DNA of 64,000 nt from Vicugna vicugna (GCA_013265495.1 MU058065.1:124001-188000); one strand, 5' to 3'; shown: positions 23,826 through 38,494, counted from the stretch's first letter. Translations and numbers: made by a program. Notes: generated by a model not told the origin, from the letters alone.

Positions 23826-26774
23826 TTAGGCAGCACTTCATTGGTACGTTTTCTTGTAGGAAAACCAGTTAGGTGGCTGGTCTGTTTCTGATCTGCTCAC
23901 ACGGTAGATAGAGGAGCACTCAACCTTGACGGGTGTGACACCAAGACAGATGGTACATCATCCTGGTCCAGAGGGGACACTGTGACTGCCACTGCATGCC
24001 TGCCTCAGCTCCTTTTTTGGATTCAAAGCATCATCCTCATTCATTCTCTCTCTTTTTACTGATCTTCCCGTGTCAGGTGGATGGAGTACTTTGCATAGCA
24101 ATTTAAAAAAATCCGTATTTTCAAATCTGATTCTTGGTCACAGTCCTTTACTGATCTCTTGTTATTGTCAAAGGAACACACTCTTTGATTAGTGCAGTAA
24201 AAGCAAAAGCGAAATATTCCTTAGAAAATCTGGGATGGGGAGAAATCATAAAACCTATTTTTAGATGGAATAGAAATGATACTGGATCGTGTGCTGTTAA
24301 AGGTTGTCCAGGCTCCATCTTTCAGCTTTTGGCGTGAACTGGAGTTATGTGCAGGGATTTTCAGTCTAGTATTAGTATTTGGAGTTCATTTCCCATATAA
24401 AATTGATACAAACGCGTTTTGAAGCCCTGACTACTTAGTGACTGGTCCAAAGATTATCACATTAAGTAGGATATATTAGTACCCTGAGGCTCATTGTTGG
24501 TATTGACAATGAAGAAAAGAGCAGCTTGGGAGTTGCTGGAGAGAAATTCAGTTCAGCAGTCAACGTTTTTGTGAATGGGGGACTTATGTACGGCCTTTTT
24601 TGACGGCATTTCAAGTTGATTTGGAATTATTGTGAGGGTGATGAATAATTCCAGATGGAATAAAAGTTATAGAAACCAAGAGAGAAAAACCACAGAAGTA
24701 TGGATACCTTGGCTGTGGGAAGTCAGATGCACTGTGAGCTAATGTTTCGGGTTGCTGGTGCTGGAGAGGAGAGCTATTTCTGCTGCTGTTTGGCTTTTGG
24801 AAAGCAGATGGCATCCTTTAAAAACTACCCTTGAAATTCATGCTGAGTTGCTCATTGCACTGTCATGTTGGCATTCCAAGATGGGTCACCACCAGGACCT
24901 GAGATGTGGCGTCCGTGGCACTGTTTGCGGGTTTTGTTCGCAGTGTTTGTGTTGTAGAAGGGCATCGGAGCCGCCTTCCCTGGGGGCCTTGATGAGGACT
25001 CTCAGGATCTTGCATAATTCTAGGACTGAAGAACCCACAACATGGTATAAAAAGAAAAATCCCCCAAATGTAGTAATTTGAATAAAAAGGAACCCAAAAT
25101 AGGACGTATGGGGAATGTTGAGAGAATGGTGGATTTGAAGCTACCAAGACCGTCCAGTGTAAGGCCGTCCGCCGTGCGGTCGCCGCAGGTCTGGTATTCC
25201 TCACGCTCAGAATCTCCCTTCCTGGCCTTTGAAAGTGCTCTTCCCTCCTCTTCCCTTCCCATTCAGGAAATTACTGTGCCTTCTGTACCGTAAAAGCATT
25301 TAAAGGAAGAGAATGACACAGAATGTTCTGAAGTCAGTCCTCTTCTCTTCTTGGTGATCAAAGTGGCCTTCAGTGATACTCCGTTTGGAATAACAACACC
25401 GGTTTATACTTGGGCAGACCACTTGTTAGCTGTTTTCCTCGCCTGATTCCTTAGAAAGGCGTTTTCCGTTTGTAGGGTTGTTACCATGACCTGATTTGGT
25501 TTCTGTGTGCAGCCCCTCTTTGTATTCCTCCTGATTTACAGTGAAATATGTGGTTTTCTGGACTTTACAGGGAGTCGACAAGTTAGCCTTACAGGCCAAA
25601 ATCCGGCCATCACCTGTTTCTGTAGGTTTTTGGAGGCACAGCTACACCTATTTCTTATGGGCCATTATCTTGGCCACTTTCCAGCTGTAACAGCAGTTGA
25701 GTTGTCACAAGAGATTATAGGCAGACCTGGTAGGCGCAACTAATACTGTGATCTTTTTTTTGCTCTTTATCTTTTTTTAACTCTTCTATGGTCTCATGGC
25801 ATTTTACATGGTTTTGTCACAGCAGGCATGAGTTACGTGTTTTTAATGGTTAGTACAATATGACGTACGTAATTTGGGGGCATTGATTCTAAGTCAGGAT
25901 GCCACATCCAAATGGTGATAGTGCGTTCTGTTCATTAGGAACAAGGCTTTTAAAAACTTTGCTATATTAATAAATGAAACAAAATTCAAATCTGTGTTGT
26001 TCTGGAAGATAATGATTGGCAGTTGTTAGAAGAAAGTGAGCCTTAGGGAGCCTTCCAATCTGTATTTAGAGGGCTTCTGTAGTAAGCAAGCATTGCGTCG
26101 ATGTACAGGTCAGCCCTTTGTATAGATTAGTCATTTTTGCCCTCGTACATGCTTTTCTGAAGATCAGAATGAAGGGCCCGTGCAAGCCAATAACCAGGTG
26201 GGCTTTGCTAAAAACTGGGGAACTTTAATATTCCTATAGTTTATGATGAGAAGCAGTGTCACTTGGCAACCTCTGTTATCCATAACCATGCTAATGGCTG
26301 TCATAATTTCCAAATTACATTAATGAAACATTCATTTAAGTTTCAAGACTCACAATTTGGGGCTGAACTAGTGCGGTCGAACGCCTCTTCCTTGGGCCGA
26401 TTCTGTGGATTCGGAGGATTTCAGATTTATTGAAGTCCCTATAAAATCTTAGTTCTGTTCAAATTTTAGAACCTTATCGTCTGCAATTTAGAATTCTTTG
26501 TAGGAAGATGGAAGCACTGTGAAACCTCAACTGGCCTTTATTAGGTATAAATTTTGATAAGAAGCAAAACTTTGTCACTGGAAATAATGGTTGACTAGTG
26601 TGGAGAAGGTGGCTGGGAAGAATTCCATAGGAGGTATCAAAGATAAAATGAGTAATTTCCAACTTTCTCTGGTATGGCTTTTGGAAACTGGCTTGGACTT
26701 TATAAAACCCACAACCACCTGGGCTGTGGAAGGCACAACTCCTTGGGACGGTTTCACACAGATGATGGTGTAAA

Positions 26775-26793
26775 TAGCGCCCCCTGTGGTTGT
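26775..26793 (-). promoter_or_regulatory. Candidate CTCF site
   Basis: Reverse strand ACAACCACAGGGGGCGCTA; the 3' 12 nt match the CTCF core consensus. Confidence 0.55.
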
Positions 26794-29700
26794 ACCGTCA
26801 AAACCTCAGTTTTAACGAAAGCCAAATTTAACACCTAAGGCATTTCAAAGCAATTATGTTGTTGTAGTTAAATTATCTAGAGAGTTGGATTTTATTGCCC
26901 TGCTTTTTGCTCATTAAAACCAACAGTCAAGGACTGGAACTGTCTGTATGTTCACATTCCTGCCCACAGCTAGCTAGGCGGTGTAGCTTGATGGAGAACC
27001 CAGCTCGATTTCTAAGTTTAGCTTTACTGCTCAAGCCAGCAGTGAAACCTACACGTATTGGTTTTCATGGAAGCGGCGTGGAAAACCTCAGCGATTCCCG
27101 CATCTCCGCCGAAAGGCGCACATGTGAGTCTGCTGCTGCTCGGATGGGGCAGGGTTGCAGGGTTAGATTTCACAATGCTCCTTTCACAAGACTGGCCCTA
27201 GCCTTGTGCACATGTGCTTCCAAGGCTTCTAGTGACGGTAAAAGACAGCACCCTGGACTCCAGACAGCTTCGATGGCGAGTTTGCAAGCTTTGTTCTTGC
27301 AATAGCTTTTCCACAAGGACTTGTTTGGTATCTGATCATAGTACCGAACTCAGTTGTTAAAAAAACAGCTCATTTCCTTGCTAGCTTCGTCCAGAAGTGG
27401 GACGAAGAGGGTGCAGGGGGGATTAAGCATTGAGCCATGTGTGTGCACGCCCGTCAGCCGGTTCCTTCCTCTGTGCCCAGATCTCGACCAGCTGTGTGCC
27501 TGTTCATCTTTCACAGGGGGTGAGGGTTTTCCTCTGACGTAGAGACATTCCAGATGGACAAGAGTGTAAATGCCAGGTTACATTTTTAGGGGCTTACTAA
27601 TGGAGCCACAGCAGATTAAGAGGGGGAAAAAAACGTGTGACTGCTTATCTTTGGAGGGAAGTGTGGACCGGACACCGTGACATTTGCTATTCTCTGAGAC
27701 CCTCTTCTATTGACATTTTATAAACACAAATTGGGTATTTGTGCTCACTCCAAGGAATAGAGAGATTCTTAATGCTACCTTCTGTTGAAATCGTATTTCA
27801 GGCAACCTTTTAGTATGGCCACGTACTGAATCTTGGTTTTAAAATTAACTTTTAATCTTGTCTTAGGGCAAAAGACAATCAAAAAACAAACAAACAAACA
27901 AACAAAACACAATGCCAAGAAAACAAAAAACCAAAACAAAATCAACCTCGAATGTAATTTATGCACATAAATTAAAAGACTTTTGTCTGGAGGATGGGCT
28001 TATCCTGCAAGTGACATTTCTTTCTCATCTAAGCCTGTGTAACATGTTCTAACACAGTTTTAGGAGACAAAACATTTCGATGTATTTTCATGGCTTCGTG
28101 ATTCATGGCACATTTACATTTTATTGTGACTTTTGACTCTCTTGAGTTTTCTCTAGTGTAAAGAGAGTGGCATGTTTTAAATTATATTAAAAACGGTATT
28201 TGCCTTTGTATGAATTTTGAAAAAAAATAAGTTTCTATGTTGCTTTTCATTCACGTTTTCAATACGTTGGAAAATGTCTGCTTTGATCGTAGTAGCTCTT
28301 TGCTCACGTGATCTTCATTCAGCCTCAGTGAAGGCAATAAATTTCCCTGACCATCAACATTGTACTGTATTATAGGAAATGCTACAGGGCTTTGGAATGT
28401 GACTCGCTTCAGCTGCTGCTGGGTGGTTAATGGTTCACGTCGTTTGCTGGCAATGTCAAAACCTCTGTAACTTCAGACTCGAGAACGCAGTACTTACTTG
28501 CCCCTTTATTAGACGCAGGTACCATGTTTAGAAGTTCATTTGTTCCAGACCTCCATCAAGGTTTTCTTTGGACAAGGTGTTTTGCTTTGTGGAAAGAACT
28601 TTTCCATTCACCAGCATCGCACTGTGAAAAATACAGCAACTTTATCTTGCGTTTGTACATAAGCATTTGGATTTGTCTTTCAGAACCACATGGGTGCCTA
28701 ATAAATGCTACTTGCTATTTGTGACTTTTATTTGTGCTTTGAGCCTTGGGTAGTATTTTTTTCCCCCTGAAACAGGCAGTTTGGGATATTAGGACTTATT
28801 TTTTCATTATCCCCCATTGGGCCTCTATGAGTCATCTTCTAGGCACACAGAAGCGAAGGTACAATTGCACAACCTTTCTTATTCCACAATTATTGGATGA
28901 ATACTTTGTAATGTGCCCTGACCATCTTTGCTAAAGGAATTTACAAAAATGTCTTCAAGATAATCCCTGTATCTATCTGTAGAATTTCAAGATTTCTATT
29001 TCCTTGGACATTTTAGGAATCTTAAATTGGACTATGTCCTTGTGACTAGTTGTGGGGTTGTTACCATTTGCATCCGATTATTTAAGTTCCCCTTCCCAGC
29101 CACCGTTTTTTTTTTCCCACTTGCTTTCTTTAAAACAGGACGCTCTTTATGTTTCATTTCCATATTTCTGACAGTATATAATTTATACACATAAAAATAT
29201 CTTAGAAAAAAATGTATATCATCACAGCCCTTTGGAAACCAAGAAGGAAATGAAAATAATAGTCTTGATTCATTTTAATTTTTTCTATATTTTGTCAGCG
29301 TTTAACCCTGTAAGGTAAAATTCTACCCAAGTCTAAATATTCACATTTAGACATTCAAACTTCACATTTTCCCAATATATACAACAATGTATTGAGAAAA
29401 TATTTAGGCTAAAAATAATACAATATTCTGTGTAATATTTTGAAAAAAGTGTGGCATTTTCATTTATGATGTTTTTTATAATTTTGAAAGTACTCATCAT
29501 ATGCGTTTGGTCATAGTGGTAGAGACAGTCGGTTTTTCTAGTAATGCAAAATATTTTTACTTTTGTCTGCATTTCTTCAAGTATTACTTTAAATTATTTG
29601 TGCAGTAATAAGCCATTTCATTTATATGACATACATCCATCAATGCCATGAAGGGAAAAATAAAACATGTTTCATATGTGAGTCCTGAAAACTGAAGGAT

Positions 29701-30037
29701 GGTTTTCTGAACTCAAACTGAGTCTATGAATAATTAGGGAAGGAAGTTTGCTCTCTGCATTCTTCAGTTCATTTTCTCGCTTTCTATATATTCATTTTCT
29801 TTCAAAATCAAAGTGGCAAACCATAGTTTCAACGTATCGTATGCCAAATTGTGAATTATTGAAGCATTAATATCCTATTGACTACAAATCATGCTGGGAA
29901 TTTAGGAATAAAAAACAAATGTGGTATTCTCAAAGTATATTTTTTGTGCTCAATTTTTATCAACTTTTCCATCCAAAATACATTTCTTTTGTTTATGTCT
30001 GTATATTATTTTGTCTAATATTTTATCAGAATGCTTT

Positions 30038-30127
30038 TTTTTTTAAGTGGGGATGCTGGGAATTGAACCCAGGACCTCATGCATGCCAAGCACATAGCTC
30101 TACCACTGAGCTACCTCCTCCCTCCGC
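30038..30127 (-). mobile_element. tRNA-Ala-derived camelid-type SINE
   Basis: GAATTGAACCCAGGACCTCATGCATG...CTACCACTGAGCTA; TSD CAGAATGCTTT at 30027 and 30128. Confidence 0.88.
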
Positions 30128-31770
30128 CAGAATGCTTTCAGAATGGCAAAGTTCAGTGGAAAACGCTCTTGGCAGTCTTTTCCAAAGTGTGTTTCACAGG
30201 ATGTTAGAGTTGTTAGTGTGAAATAAAATCTACATAGTTTCTGATCAGAAGTTTAGGAAACACGTGGTTAAACAAAACGTGATGGCTCTATGTAAAAGGG
30301 AGATACTGTCTAAATGTCGTTGGCCGCAGAACCTTTTTTCTCGTGGAGCTCTCGTTCTATGGAACACGTTTTGGAACTGCATGCTTATTGCATGCCCAGG
30401 CCAGGGTCTGCAGAAGGGCCATGTGCCATTCTCTGCTACTCCCTCTTACTCTGTATATTGTAGATTCCCCCAGATGTTGTATGATTTGGAGTCATTCCCT
30501 GGCCCATTCATTGCAGTACTTTATAAATACTCAAATTTTTACTTTGTACACCTGCCTTTCATCACTGAGTGCAAGCGCGTAAGTGTCTAGACCTCTCTGG
30601 CTGCACGTGGCTGCCTTCTCTGAAGGCTGTTAAGGAGAGGACCCATTCATGTCTTAACGGAGACAGTTCGGTGCTGCCCTGTTATTCTATTCCAGTTGTG
30701 GTTTGGATCATTGAGCCTGCATTCATGTTGCTGATGTAATGCATTGATAAGGATATAATTGCTCAGTAAGTCATCTGATTTCAGAACTATCTTTCTTTCC
30801 TACTTACATTCTAACGGTAAAACATTTTGTTCCTGTTTATTCATCATTAAGCCTTTGGGTGTGTAACACTTAGAGCCACCTTTTTGGATGTTAAGACATT
30901 GACCTAGTTATAGGGTTAATGTTTACAAACAGTGCTTGGTCACTTTGGGGCAACAGTGAATGCACTGACAGGGGCTGCCTTTCCAGGACGGTTTCACCAC
31001 CTTCAGCGGAGCATATGTTTTGATTTCAATGAGGTCATCGATGCCAGATTTTAACATCAGAACTTTCTCAGTGGGATGAAGTTGGTGACTCACCTTGGCT
31101 TGTACCTCAGACACGTGGGTATGGGATAAATGACTTCTTAATGATAGCTCAGGGCAGCCAGATCTTTCATCTGCCTGAATTGACTGGCTCTCTTACCGCT
31201 GATATTAATTGGGTGCTCCTGATGGAAATGGGCTTGCGTGAAGTTAAAGCTGAAACGTTTTAGAATGAAGTCTTTCTCTTGATCCGGACAATTGAAAGCA
31301 AATGCGTGAGGTCCGTGAGTGGATGTTGTGTTTTAAAGACTTTGTGCCAACTGCTGACGTCTTGAAAATGTAACAAACCAGAATTTTAGAGATTAAATGC
31401 CTCCCTGTTCCTCTCCTACGTTCACATGAGATGTTGGGAGCGGGCGATCCACGCTCGTAGGGGTTGTTCAGTGTTGCATTAGTGTTTCAATACTTGGAGG
31501 CAAGAATTTTAAAAATGGTCATTGGGTCTGGGGCTGCTCGGTTTTCTAAGCCTGAGTATCAACAGCGATGCTGACAAGCATTTGTGGGCGGTACCAAGTG
31601 ACAGGGACAAGGGATTAAGGGAAAGGAAAATAGGAAAGTTGGGAGGAGGAGGAGGGAGGGGAGTAGGGGTTGAAGGGCCAGAGTGCCCCAATAATTGCAT
31701 CCAGTGTCATCCAAGCCTTGCACCCCCCCCCCACCAAGTTCAACTTGAAAAAGCTGTTTGGATTGTTTTG

Positions 31771-31976
31771 GGTTATTTTTTTTTAATTTTTATTGAAGTA
31801 TAGTCAGTTTACAATATTGTGTCCATTTCTGGTGTACAGCTCAACACTTCAGTCATATAGGAACATACATATGTTCATTTTCATATTCTTTGTTACTATA
31901 GGTCACTACAGGATATTGAATGTGGTTCCCTGTGCTACACAGCATGAACTTGTTGCTTATCTGTTTTATGTATAGT
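31771..31976 (-). mobile_element. Short 5'-truncated L1 3' end
   Basis: TTTTATTGAAGTATAGTCAGTTTACAAT...TTCCCTGTGCTACACAG; degenerate TSD T(T/G)TGGATT(G/A)TTTTG at 31757 and 31977. Confidence 0.85.
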
Positions 31977-32637
31977 TGTGGATTATTTTGACTTGTTGAA
32001 CCAATCGTGTCCTGTACTGTACGTACCATGGGGAACATAACACTTAAGCTGCATAACATTTTAACGGTGACATACAGATTTTAGAGAGTTTTCTGTAGAC
32101 AGTTAATCAGCACAATTACAGCTCTCCTTTTGCAGCGAGCACGGGGCCAGAAGAGCTGTGGTCCCCGAGTGAAGAGGGTTTCTGTTTTATAGGGCCAATA
32201 AATGCCCAGCCCTGCTCTTTACCTGAGGGCTGTGCGTGCGTGTTTGTCAGAATCTATTAGTCACACCCAGTTGCTTGCGTCTCCCACTGTCTAGACTCTT
32301 CAAAGGATGAGAGATTTCATATTTAGTGTTTTTACAGGAGGGCACAGATTAAGGGAGAAGTGTGCTTTTATGATGGTAGTCTCGTTTGCAGACTCTTTTC
32401 CAGAAGCGAAGGCATTCCTGATAGCCAGGTGCCTGCTATGTGAAGTGTTGTTTTAGCTGACTTCGTTTGGCTTTATCAGAACGGCATTTCACTATGTAAT
32501 TTCCCATTACCCTCCATAAACACAAAGCTCACCCCGCTTCCTTTTATAAAAATAACTTTGTACGTTCCAGTGGACTCTGTGATGAGAGGTTTGACAACAC
32601 TGCCACCCATGCTTTTTATAGCGCTATCTATACATTT

Positions 32638-32806
32638 GTGGTCAAGAGCTTGGTTTTTGAATCCCAATTGCCCCTCTTACTAGCTCTGAGATCTGGAGGA
32701 ATTCACTCGTCCTTTCTGAACCTCAGTTTCTTCATCTTTAAAACAGGGGTAGTAATACAATCTCAGGATGGCTGTAAGGATTAAATGAAATAGTGCATAT
32801 TAGAAC
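32638..32806 (+). mobile_element. MIR SINE
   Basis: TCTGAACCTCAGTTTCTTCATCTTTAAAACAGGG...GTAAGGATTAAATGA. Confidence 0.8.
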
Positions 32807-33809
32807 AGAGAGCAGATGTTGGCTGTGTTTTTGATGGAGACTAAATTACTAGGCTGTGTGAGTAGGTTGGGTAAGTTTACACACCCTACCCTCACCCCTA
32901 GAATGGTTTACTGAAATATTTGGGGAGGGAGGGAGAATACAAGTATCATTTGAAAAGAATCTTAATCAATATTAAAATATCTTTATTTTCTTAGTCATGA
33001 TATTTAATTTGCAGCATTAAAAAATGTGGGTTTTTTTCACATATATTTATCAAAAGGGGATAACTTTCTGTGAGGGGAACCTCACAAAAACTTGAGCCCA
33101 TTTTTCTTTGGCTGAAATTACCCTTAATCAAGTCTTATGGACCTTAGAATCTATGTTCAAGTATGATTTTTCTGTAGATACTTTTTCAGACTGTACAGTT
33201 ATTTATTGAGTGCCAATTGTGTATAAAACACTGATAAATCAAGTAGAGAGCTGCAGATAAGAAACCTCAAGAACTGTTGGGTAAAGGATATTAATCAAAT
33301 GAAAGTTTTTGTCACAGTCTCAGAAAATTAAACTTCATGGCACACGTGGATCTGGTGTGAGTCTACCAAGCCTGGGTATAATTTTTCCTTGCAGCTCGTG
33401 AAGTATGAAAATTCAGGTTACAAAAGTTAGAGGTGCTTTATAATTGTGAAGGACAATCCATTTTCATAACAGATCAACTTTTAGAATTGTAAAGCAAAAC
33501 GGGAAGCCCCTTTGCACCCGGTGTTAGAACAGCTATAACTTGGGCGGCATCCCTAATTTGAGACCAGTGGTTTCATGCGGTGAGTGTGACTGCTGGAGTT
33601 TCTTTGACAGCCTTTTCTGAGGCGCTCTTCTCTCTGCAGACATGCCCGCGGTATTGCCAAGTGCAGAGAGCCTCAGTGTCAAGGACCTTCCTTCCCCTTT
33701 TGTTCCTCTTTCTGCTGTCCCCCTCCCGCGTGTTTTCTGGTGGCTTCGCTACTGGATCGAATAAAGGAATTGTTCGACCTTGGCTCAGTTGTCAGGGTCT
33801 GGGCCTCAT

Positions 33810-33955
33810 GTTTTATAGTCACCATCTCATTTAATCCTCAGAACAAACCAATGAGTTAGGCGCTCTTAATGCTGTTTCACCGGGAACTGCTGCTCATGGA
33901 GGTTGATCTAGTGCCTGAGTCCCAGAAAGTGGCACTGGGGGAGCCAGGGTCTTAC
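33810..33955 (-). mobile_element. MIR SINE (degenerate)
   Basis: ATCTCATTTAATCCTCAGAACAAACC is the reverse MIR motif. Confidence 0.65.
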
Positions 33956-35351
33956 CACAGTGCGCTGGCCACACGGCCCAGCAGTGAGTGCCTTGCAGGA
34001 AGTGTCCCTTCCTGTCGTATCCCAGAGCCCTGTCCCCACTGGTTAGGGTAATAACTCGTGAATTGCACGGCATGTGAATCGCACTGCCCAGCAGTGGTTT
34101 TGGAATTAGCTTTTGAAGGGGAGTATCTCTGGCCACCTCTTCATTTTCCTACTGTTTCCCAAAGTCTTTCGAAATCTATGCTTGTCTTGCCCTGGCTTCT
34201 CTTCCAGACCAGTATGTTCGTACCCCCAGGTCACAGCACAGAGTATCATAAATCAGACTGAAGAGCATGCTCTCGACTTGGGGGGCTGTTTGCCTTCCTC
34301 TAGATGTTGGGACCAGTTGGATACTGTCTGTTGACCCGAATGGAAGTTATTAGCACACACTGACTATCCTTTTGTGCTTATTTTTAAGTCTTCTTAAAAT
34401 TTTGATACCTTTCAGTCATGACAGCTTGGCTGCTTCCCCTGATGCTACAAAACGTGCTACTCCTGGGCTTCCTCTGCACACATCCGTGGTTCTGGGGATG
34501 AGCTTTCTGCACGTGGAACCTTCCTTGTTCTTAAGAAGGGTCTTGGAGGATGAATTAACACTCGTGGGAAAAACAGAAGCGTATTTTGACATCAGTACTT
34601 TGATCTTTCAAAGTTAAAGGTGCCATAGATTGTTACAGTCATTTAATTGTTGTGTTGATTCTATTCATTTATTTGAGATGAAATCTGAGTTGGCAGTTTG
34701 GTGGCTTTCACTACCAGCAGGTCCCCTCAGATGCTAAAGACGTGATGCTGGCAACTAACCTCTGATTTGCGCCTTGTGGTTTATTTGGTAAAAGACGGGT
34801 GGAGAGCATTTCCTTGAGTTGTGGGGGGTCCTGTTTATTTGGTTCTGTCATCTGTGAGCTAACACACATGGCCCTCCTCTGTTCCTCTTGCCCGAGATCA
34901 CCAGACATCAAAGTCATCAGCATTCATTTTTAAAAGAGATAGAAAAGTACTGAGTCACAGTTTCCATCCCCCTTTTCCCAGTCCAGCCGTCTCAGGCTCC
35001 CCTGACCGGAACACTCGGCAGGGTGCAAACCCATCAGTGTTAGGGAATTCTGACTACTGTCCTCTTCCTCCGGGTCGGTCCTCTTTGCAGCCATCCAGAT
35101 CGTGTGTGGTGTTTAAGAGCCCTGGAGGTGGAGGCTTCTCATTCTTCACTTCTAGGACCCTTTCCACCTGGAAATTGTTCTTTGTGTTTCAGTTCAAAGC
35201 TGTTTTTGCCATTTAAGTCCATTTACTCTATGGAGACGGGGAACAGACGGCTTATAGTGTAGCCTCCTTACAACTTGCCAGTTAAGCCCTCTTATTATTT
35301 CTTCCTATAAATTAAATAGTACGTTTTCTCTTTCCTTTTAGATTCTTTACC

Positions 35352-35521
35352 CCTTTGCTACTCAAAGTGTGGTTCTCAGACCAGCAGCACTGGGGTCACC
35401 TGGGAGCTGGTTAGAAATGCACACTCTTGGGCCCCAGCCCAAACCTAGAGAATCAGAATCTGCGTTTTACCCAAATCTCAGGAGACCCTAAGCACGTGAA
35501 AGTTTGACAGGCACCGCTTTA
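35352..35521. mobile_element. MER5A-like hAT DNA transposon
   Basis: CTACTCAAAGTGTGGTTCTCAGACCAGCAGCA...TTAGAAATGCA...GAATCAGAATCTGCGTTTTA...AAAGTTTGA. Confidence 0.8.
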
Positions 35522-38253
35522 CTTCGTCTCTTCATAATTTGGTTATTAATTTCTCTGTACTCTTCTCTAGTCTGCCTTAGCAGACATGGTGGAACAGTAG
35601 TGGCAATACTTTTAGCAAGTACTTGTCTATCTCAATTCCTGTGAGCACCTGTGATGTTATAATCTTTCAAACTAAGTTGATGTGCAATCTTCGTTTACAG
35701 TCAGTGTGTAATCTTCAGAGACTTTAGGGGAGGTCTTTCTCTGCTGTGTGTTTTCCCCCATCACCTATGGAAACTCCCACTTTGTAGCTGAGTGACTTGG
35801 CCGCCAGGAATCTTGCTTTGCACTTATACTGAAGACCACCCTGTTTTTCTTCATCTGTTAGAATCATTTTGCTTTTCTGAAGAGTTGGGCTTTGAAGATT
35901 TTAAAGACTCATAGTTAGAAAGAGAACTGCTTTGAGGGTAAGGAGACACCACCTCTGTGGTCTCACCTCTGTGCTGCTACTAACCAGTTTCACGAGCTCG
36001 GCAGCTCATTTAATGATGATTTTTAATTCTTGCCCGTAACCACACGATCAAGGAAGTCCACCTAATACCAGGCCTGGGGTGCTTTGATTGTTCTGTTCCT
36101 ATAATCCATGACCCCTTTATACGGTGACTTGGTCGTGCAGTGGAAGCTGCCTATGGAGATAGGAATGGGGCATCTAAAACAAAAATTTGACAGTTGTCAT
36201 CCAGATGCGTATTTTGGTTAGAGCACATCGTCCTCCTTACCACTTTGATAGAACTCCCAGGAGGGAAAGCTTGCTGAGTTGAGTTTTTGGTTGAGTTTTC
36301 CTGTATTTCTTGGATCTATCCCTAGGAGAAGTGCTACCCAACCACTAAATGGCCAAAGGCAGCAGGTCACCGCGGGACGGGTCCCAGCTTACTTACTGAC
36401 GTCCAGTGGTGCCCAAGTCCCCTTCCTGTTGACTTTCTCTAGCTGTGACTTAGAATGGGACGTCAGCAAGCACCTGGCTGCTCTCAATGCTCACACCTCT
36501 GTTGAAAGACTCTGGGAGAGCCTTTTATTTCTACTGGAAGTTCTCTAGGGAGGATCCTGGAAGAAATGATGTGTGGCGAGTCAACAGCTGAATTTAGGGG
36601 TCTGTTGGGAACTGCTGATGGTTGGGAGTGAGGAGAGCTGAGAGTGAGAAGACAAAAGGACGGAGCATCTCTGAAGATTCAGTCTCGGCCTGGACCTGAA
36701 CCTAATCACGCTTGTCCTTGTCTTGTTAAGGGAGGAACGCGTGGAGAAACCAAGCAGACAGGTAGGCCATTGTCCATAGGTGACGTGGTTTTATGGAAAA
36801 AAATGTACGGCAGTTTTTGAGCTGTACTGAGCAAAGCTCATAACGGAGCCGTTAATTAGGTGTTAATTATAGCCTGTCGCTGGTGGATAGCAGTGGCGAA
36901 TTGCGAGGTCCGGTGTTATTTTGAAGGCCTTCTGTCAGCATCTCGGGCTACGGTCTCGACAGAATAGCAGCCATTGTTTTCTTTGTGTGCTTTTGGACCG
37001 CAGCAGCTTCCGTGGCTGTGTTGAGAGGGGGGCTGTTCTTAGTGCCGTTCCCTTGGGATTCAGTCAGGAAAACTTTGTGTTTCACTACCTGGAAATCAAC
37101 TTGTTCTTTCTGTTCATTGTCTAGATTTTAGAACTTAGAACCCTATGTACTCTCAGTAATGACTGTACACGTGCAGTGCCCTGACCCCCTCCACTCCCCC
37201 CCACCCCAGTTTTTCTTCAAGTTTAAGTTTAGGGAGAAATTAAGACCTCAAAGTGTCTTCCTGGGAAGACATCTTATATTTAGGAATTCCACTTGCTGTT
37301 TCTGTCTCACTCTTGTACTTTGACTGTATGTGTGTATATATACATATATATATATATATATTTTTTTTTTTGGAATAATTCATCTTCCAAGGTGGGTATT
37401 TGTTTTGTAAGTTGGAAAAAATTCTGTAGGAAACAATTTTCTGACTTAGGAGTAGCCTCTTAGAGAGCAAAGTTAGTGGATTAATTTTTAAAAGTTGACT
37501 AACCCTGGAGCAGAGGAGACCTCATGATTAATTTTTTTTTTAACTCCTAGGAATTTGAAGGGCAATGAACAGGACTAATGGTCACAAGTGACAGTAGGAA
37601 GGTGTCTGCTGGTTCACAGTGTCCTCTTGTTAGCTCACTGAGTTTTGCAAACGTCAGGGAGGACTAAGTATTTCTTCCACTGTTTCGCATTGTGGAGACA
37701 AAATGAGGCCGAACGACTTGTCCAGGAGCACACAGAAAGCCCTGGCTAAGCTGGGCGCAGACACAGACTTGGACGCGAAGAGATGTGTTTCCTCGGGCAG
37801 CTGACCTCTTCCCTGCGGTCAGGAGAGGCGGAGAAGCATCACACCCTGCTAGTCGGCTTCAGACTCTGTGGCTTTGGCCTCAGAAACACCTAACATGCTC
37901 TCCTCTTCGGTCAGTGTTTTGCGTTTCACCCAGGAGTTTCCTGTTTTCCTTTGGCTCAGGGACATGTGAAAAGATGGGCCAGGACTGGTTACTCAGATGA
38001 GCTGTCTTCTCGTAAAAGGTCGTGAGGGAGCAGGATGCAGTGGAGGTAGCTTTCCATTAGTAATACACTGGGAGAGGCTACGAGCGTGGGGAGGCTGGCC
38101 TCCACTGGGACTCTGAGGCCACGACGTGACAGTCAGAAATACAGGGAGATCTCAGAGCAGGGACACCTCCTCCCTCCCACTGTTCCATAAACAGCTGATG
38201 AGCGGGTTGGGTGGCTTCCTCCATTTCCTCTGCTGCAGGCAGTTGCTCTGGAG

Positions 38254-38494
38254 CAGGGCTTCTCAGCCTCCGCACTGCGGAAGCGTGGGGCCAGGTCATT
38301 CCTTGTTGCAGGCGGCCGTCCTGTGCGTGGGAGGGTGCTTGGTAGCGCTCCTGGCCTCTGCCCGATAAATGCCAATAGTGTCTCCCTCACCTCCCCCCTA
38401 CCCCAGTTGTGACAACCCAGTGTTTGCAGGCGTTGCTCAAGCCTGCCCCTTGAGGGGAGAAATTATTCCTGCTGACTCCAGCTGAGAACTGTTG
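38254..38494. mobile_element. MER20-like hAT DNA transposon
   Basis: CAGGGCTTCTCAGCCTCCGCACT...CCTGGCCTCTGCCC...CCAGTTGTGACAACC...TGAGAAC. Confidence 0.8.
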
